A DNA stretch of 64,000 bases, taken from positions 104,913 through 168,912 of the forward strand of contig DCXM01000006.1 in the NCBI GenBank assembly GCA_002328405.1, read 5' to 3'. The position numbers and the translations under genes were made by a program. This document shows positions 60,190-64,000 of the stretch, piece after piece (within the stretch, counting starts at the first letter, position 1; the number at the start of each line of letters is the position of its first letter). Below the pieces are notes generated by a model that was given only the letters and a program-made list of their open reading frames with translations, made no database searches and had not been told where the DNA came from. This stretch comes from Proteobacteria bacterium UBA2136 (GTDB taxonomy: Bacteria; Pseudomonadota; Alphaproteobacteria; UBA2136).

Positions 60190-60719
60190 TTTGGTTTAAC
60201 ATATCCCCCTTTGTGAATTTGAACCATTCGACCATAAGAATCTCGACTACCGATGGTTAAATAAGCCGTCGTTTTTTTAAAAGGTGGCTTTTGAGCTGGC
60301 AACTTTGATGCTTCTGCCAATTTTAGATGGCAGCCTGTGGTGATGTGTGGTTCAAAATCAGCACCATAACCATTAAACACTTTCCTACCATCAAACAATC
60401 GCATAACATCTTTTTGGATTTTGGACAGGGATCCCACCCCTTCTAAGCTAAAACTACTATAAATACGACTTCGCCATGGCGCATCAAGCACAAAAGTTTT
60501 GATCACCACCGGAATTTCGGTTGGGATGACGGATTGTTGTAATTTTTGCCACATATCGTCAACATCTGATGCATCCCCCTCTATATGAGTGATTGAAACA
60601 TGCGGCACAGAATTAACACCCAACACATATTCAGAAGCGCTTTTTTGATGCAGTCGCTTTGATACCAAAGAAAGCGCCATTTCGTCTTGCGGGTTAAATG
60701 TGTATGCAATGTTCAACAT
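60183..60719 (-). CDS. 2H phosphoesterase superfamily protein (LigT/2'-5' RNA ligase-like)
   Basis: Two H-x-(T/S)-x motifs (HVSIT and HITTG) at the expected spacing; start taken at Met22 (MLNIAYTF). Confidence 0.5.
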   Translation of the reverse strand: MLNIAYTFNPQDEMALSLVSKRLHQKSASEYVLGVNSVPHVSITHIEGDASDVDDMWQKLQQSVIPTEIPVVIKTFVLDAPWRSRIYSSFSLEGVGSLSKIQKDVMRLFDGRKVFNGYGADFEPHITTGCHLKLAEASKLPAQKPPFKKTTAYLTIGSRDSYGRMVQIHKGGYVKPKC

Positions 60720-60773
60720 AGAGCATGACTTCCTTACTTTTTTATTGCATAATACTATAACCCGAAACTGAAA

Positions 60774-61502
60774 TTGGTGCAAAAGTTGGATATTTTAACA
60801 CTTAGAAACTGGTATAGAACACCCACAGGCCACATGGTGCGCCGCCATGTGCAACATGCCATTTCCAAGCTTTGGCCCAGTCTTCACGGTAAACGCATTT
60901 TAGTAGTGGGTTACGGAATACCCTACGTTAAACTTTGGCTCAAAGAGGCTCAGGTTTTTTGCGCCTTGCCTGCACGCATGGGAGCTATGCCTTGGCCCAA
61001 CCACGCACCCAACAAATGCATACTCAGCTGGGAACATGAACAACCATTCCCCGACGATTTTTTTGATGCCATTTTGGTGATGCACTGCCTAGAGTTTTGT
61101 CAAGATGAGCTGGCTGTTTTAAATGAGTGTAACCGTATTTTAAAGGACAAGGGGCACATCCTCACTATTGCGGCTAACCGCAGTGGAGCTTGGTCCCATC
61201 GTGAGATTTCGCCTCTTGCGATGGGGCGACCGTTTAGCACCGGCCAACTGGACCGCGCTTATCAAAAATGCGCCTTTAAGGCGACCCAATCAGCTCTTGC
61301 GCTTTACACCCCACCGACAGACAGGGCTTGGGTTCAAAAATACAGCGAAACCTTTGAAAAGCTAGGCACCAAGCTACAAGCACCGATGGGCGGTGTTATT
61401 TTGCTTGAAGGGCAAAAGGATATTCACGCCTGCTTGGTCATTCGATCCAATGAAACCAGCAAAAGGTTTATCCGCTTTACCCCTGCCGCAATGAACAGTT
61501 AA
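60774..61502 (+). CDS. class I SAM-dependent methyltransferase
   Basis: 242 aa; Rossmann-like motif ILVVGYG and a conserved acidic loop. Divergent from gloB, as in many alphaproteobacteria. Confidence 0.55.
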   Translation: MVQKLDILTLRNWYRTPTGHMVRRHVQHAISKLWPSLHGKRILVVGYGIPYVKLWLKEAQVFCALPARMGAMPWPNHAPNKCILSWEHEQPFPDDFFDAILVMHCLEFCQDELAVLNECNRILKDKGHILTIAANRSGAWSHREISPLAMGRPFSTGQLDRAYQKCAFKATQSALALYTPPTDRAWVQKYSETFEKLGTKLQAPMGGVILLEGQKDIHACLVIRSNETSKRFIRFTPAAMNS

Positions 61503-61575
61503 TCAATCGGTTAACTATCAAATTCCGAGCACAAAAAATGAATAATAGCAGTTAATTAAACTAATCAGTTAATTA

Positions 61576-64000
61576 TTATGAAAATGTTTTATGGATAAAT
61601 GACTCAACCTTCATCAAGGTGATTTTAAGATTTTTAAGCCTGTTATCATACTCCACATCATTTGCATCCAAAGCCAAACGACACTGATACACAACCTCGT
61701 CCATACCTAAAGGTTTTGCAGCATCTTTTAACCGCTTCATAGCAGTCGTCCAATTTTTTCGATCCTTGTTTTTACACGCCGTTTCCAAAACGTTAAGAAC
61801 CTGATGCGCCGTCTCAATGTATCCTTCTAAAGCCTCTTTTTGATTTTCACTTCCTTTGCCCACTGTACTTTCCAACTTTTGTACTTTAACCACAGCAATG
61901 TTGTCATCACCCTTTAAACTACCGCGAACACTATTTTTCTGAACTTCATGGAAAACTGATTCAAGTTTAGAACTGGTCACAGGCTTGCTTAAATAGCCAT
62001 CCATCCCAGACTGAATACACAAATCTCGATGCTCTTTCAAAGCATTAGCTGTCAAAGCATATATGGGAATAGGCGTCATATCATTCTCATTTTCCAACTG
62101 ACGAATAAGCGCTGTCGCCTTAGTCCCATCCATAACCGGCATTTGCATATCCATAAAAATAACGTCGTAATCTTGCGTCTTAAATTGCTCAAATGCCTCT
62201 TGACCATTCCCAACAACATCTACGTCAACCTCAAAGCCTTGAAGCATTTTTAAAATGACTTTTTGATTAATGATATCGTCTTCAGCAACCAAAACACGCA
62301 TGCCTTGAAAATCTGGCTCACCACTCCCCCCATCTTGTATTAATCCAGAGCTATCACTGTACACAAATTCACACGCATGGGAACTAAGTCTATTTAAAAA
62401 CTTATACATCGCAATTTCAGAAAGCGGCTTTTTGATATGTGCATAAACCCCAAGCTCGTTCAATTCTTGCGAATTTATCGAACTATCTTTATATGCATAA
62501 GTTACCCACTTTAAATGTGTGTTTTTCACAAAATTTGAAGACTTACGAAGCCACATCATATTATCTTCTGAATATTGATCAATGTTCACAAAAGCAAAGT
62601 CAACCTCTGGATTAAACATATCATCAACATCGTCTATACACCTCAGCAATGTCACATCAAAACCAACATACTCCAAAATCTCGACCATATACTCAGATTC
62701 CAAATCATCGCAATCCACAACCAAAGCCTTACCTGCCACACTGTTTTGCGCCACTTGATATTTATAAAAAGTGTCGTTCAGGTCATCTCGCTCTAATTTC
62801 AAGTTAAATTCAAAGCACGATCCATTAGCCAGCTCACTTTTTAAATTGATACGACCATTCATCCGTGCCACCAATTCACTGATAATTGAAAGCCCAAGCC
62901 CTGTCCCACCATACTCTCTAGTTGTAGAAGCATCGGCTTGAGTAAACCGTTCAAATATTTTATGTTGATTTTCAGCGCTAATACCAATACCTGTATCTTC
63001 AACTGCCGCACAAAAACCCAAACGCTCGTCATATCGCACTGTTATTTTAACAAAACCTTGATGCGTAAATTTAATGGCATTGCTAACCAAATTAGAAAAT
63101 ATTTGCTTAACCCTTGTGGGGTCACCCACCGCCAAACCCGGCATTCCAGGCTCAAAACGCAGCAACATGGAAACACCCTTCACTGACGCTAGATGATGAA
63201 ATGTATTAAAAACATCAAAGATAGCATTACGAAAATCAAAGGATACATTTTCCAAAGCAAGCTCTCCAGCTTCTATCTTTGTAAAATCTAAGATATCATT
63301 GATGATACACAATAAATTGTCTGCACTACGTTCAATGGTCTGTGCCAAATCTCGCTGTTCTTCACTCAGCGATGTATTCAATAAAATGTCTGTAGTGCCA
63401 ATCACCCCATTCATCGGCGTTCTAATTTCATGGCTCATATTTGCTAGAAAATCACGTTTTGCCATGTTCGCCACTTCAGCCGCTTGCCTTTGCTTTTCAG
63501 CCAAATCACGTTCTTTTTGTAGCTTAAAATCACGCTCTTTTATTTTAAAAACCATATTATTAAAAGAATGCACCAAACTGCCCAATTCATCACCACGCTC
63601 TAAATACCGAATAGATATTGGCACATCTGCATTTTGAGCGACCCTATGCATTCTATTTGTGAGATGCTTCAAGGGCTTGACCAATATTTTGTCCAATAAA
63701 AACAACATCAAGAGCATCACAAAAATCAAAACCAGCAACATCAATACAAGCTTAACCGACATAGACTTTTCAAAAATTTGATCAATATTCCTCTGAGTCC
63801 ACACAATGGACAAATACCCCACCAACTCACCCGTACGGGGCATCACCACACTGATAAAAGTGATATACTGGCTTTTGTCTATCTGTGAAATGGTGACAAC
63901 CTCACCCTTATCTAGCTGGGTTAAATTTTGTACAAGCAATTTATGAAGGTCGAAGTCGTGCTGGTAATAAGGTGACTCATCATAAGTTTCTACCTTCAAA
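61576..64000 (-). CDS. hybrid sensor histidine kinase/response regulator with C-terminal HPt domain (5' end beyond window)
   Basis: TM region, HisKA ([14 protein letters not shown]), HATPase_c (GTGLGLSI), receiver domain ([13 protein letters not shown]…[14 protein letters not shown]), HPt-like C-terminus. The reading frame is open at the window edge. Confidence 0.8.
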   Translation of the reverse strand, partial: LKVETYDESPYYQHDFDLHKLLVQNLTQLDKGEVVTISQIDKSQYITFISVVMPRTGELVGYLSIVWTQRNIDQIFEKSMSVKLVLMLLVLIFVMLLMLFLLDKILVKPLKHLTNRMHRVAQNADVPISIRYLERGDELGSLVHSFNNMVFKIKERDFKLQKERDLAEKQRQAAEVANMAKRDFLANMSHEIRTPMNGVIGTTDILLNTSLSEEQRDLAQTIERSADNLLCIINDILDFTKIEAGELALENVSFDFRNAIFDVFNTFHHLASVKGVSMLLRFEPGMPGLAVGDPTRVKQIFSNLVSNAIKFTHQGFVKITVRYDERLGFCAAVEDTGIGISAENQHKIFERFTQADASTTREYGGTGLGLSIISELVARMNGRINLKSELANGSCFEFNLKLERDDLNDTFYKYQVAQNSVAGKALVVDCDDLESEYMVEILEYVGFDVTLLRCIDDVDDMFNPEVDFAFVNIDQYSEDNMMWLRKSSNFVKNTHLKWVTYAYKDSSINSQELNELGVYAHIKKPLSEIAMYKFLNRLSSHACEFVYSDSSGLIQDGGSGEPDFQGMRVLVAEDDIINQKVILKMLQGFEVDVDVVGNGQEAFEQFKTQDYDVIFMDMQMPVMDGTKATALIRQLENENDMTPIPIYALTANALKEHRDLCIQSGMDGYLSKPVTSSKLESVFHEVQKNSVRGSLKGDDNIAVVKVQKLESTVGKGSENQKEALEGYIETAHQVLNVLETACKNKDRKNWTTAMKRLKDAAKPLGMDEVVYQCRLALDANDVEYDNRLKNLKITLMKVESFIHKTFS

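Noticed and set aside
1-64000. tRNA, rRNA, tmRNA, SRP-RNA, CRISPR arrays, IS elements/transposases, integrases
   Set aside because: I scanned intergenic regions above 100 bp by eye for T-loop (GTTCGAATC-like) motifs, direct repeats with spacers, and transposase/integrase-like ORFs. None were found; the absence is not proven without tools.

Overview
The window is an AT-rich bacterial chromosomal segment. Gene content (NAD-specific giant GDH, mitochondrial-type aconitase, a DUF448/L7Ae fusion, alpha-type XRE regulator, VirD4) suggests an alphaproteobacterium, possibly host-associated. Most of it is housekeeping: the rpsP-rimM-trmD operon, phrB, ffh, trxB/peroxiredoxin, acn, metY, gdhB, tsaB-rimI, the rimP-nusA-ylxRQ-infB-rbfA-truB-rpsO-pnp super-operon, lnt-corC-ybeY, metK, trmB, crcB and gloB. 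No rRNA, tRNA, CRISPR array or transposase was recognised by eye.

The strongest accessory signal is a compact five-gene minus-strand operon at 10569-13713: a DUF2282 Cys-containing precursor peptide, a DUF692/MNIO enzyme, a DUF2063 partner, DoxX and a DUF1223 thioredoxin-like protein. This is a bufferin-type copper-binding RiPP cluster of the MNIO class. An orphan VirD4-family type IV coupling protein sits immediately upstream of it.

Other notable points:
- A flagellar rod/hook-like gene remnant at 35713-37378, interrupted by an in-frame stop.
- Lineage-specific insertions inside the otherwise conserved nusA-infB-rbfA-truB-rpsO-pnp operon, including a type IV prepilin-like gene.
- A tightly coupled ATGA-overlapping pair of small ORFs missed by the ORF track (10222-10538).
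- A near-identical ~30-nt translation-initiation motif shared by acn and metY.
- A perfect palindrome between the divergent trxB and prx genes.
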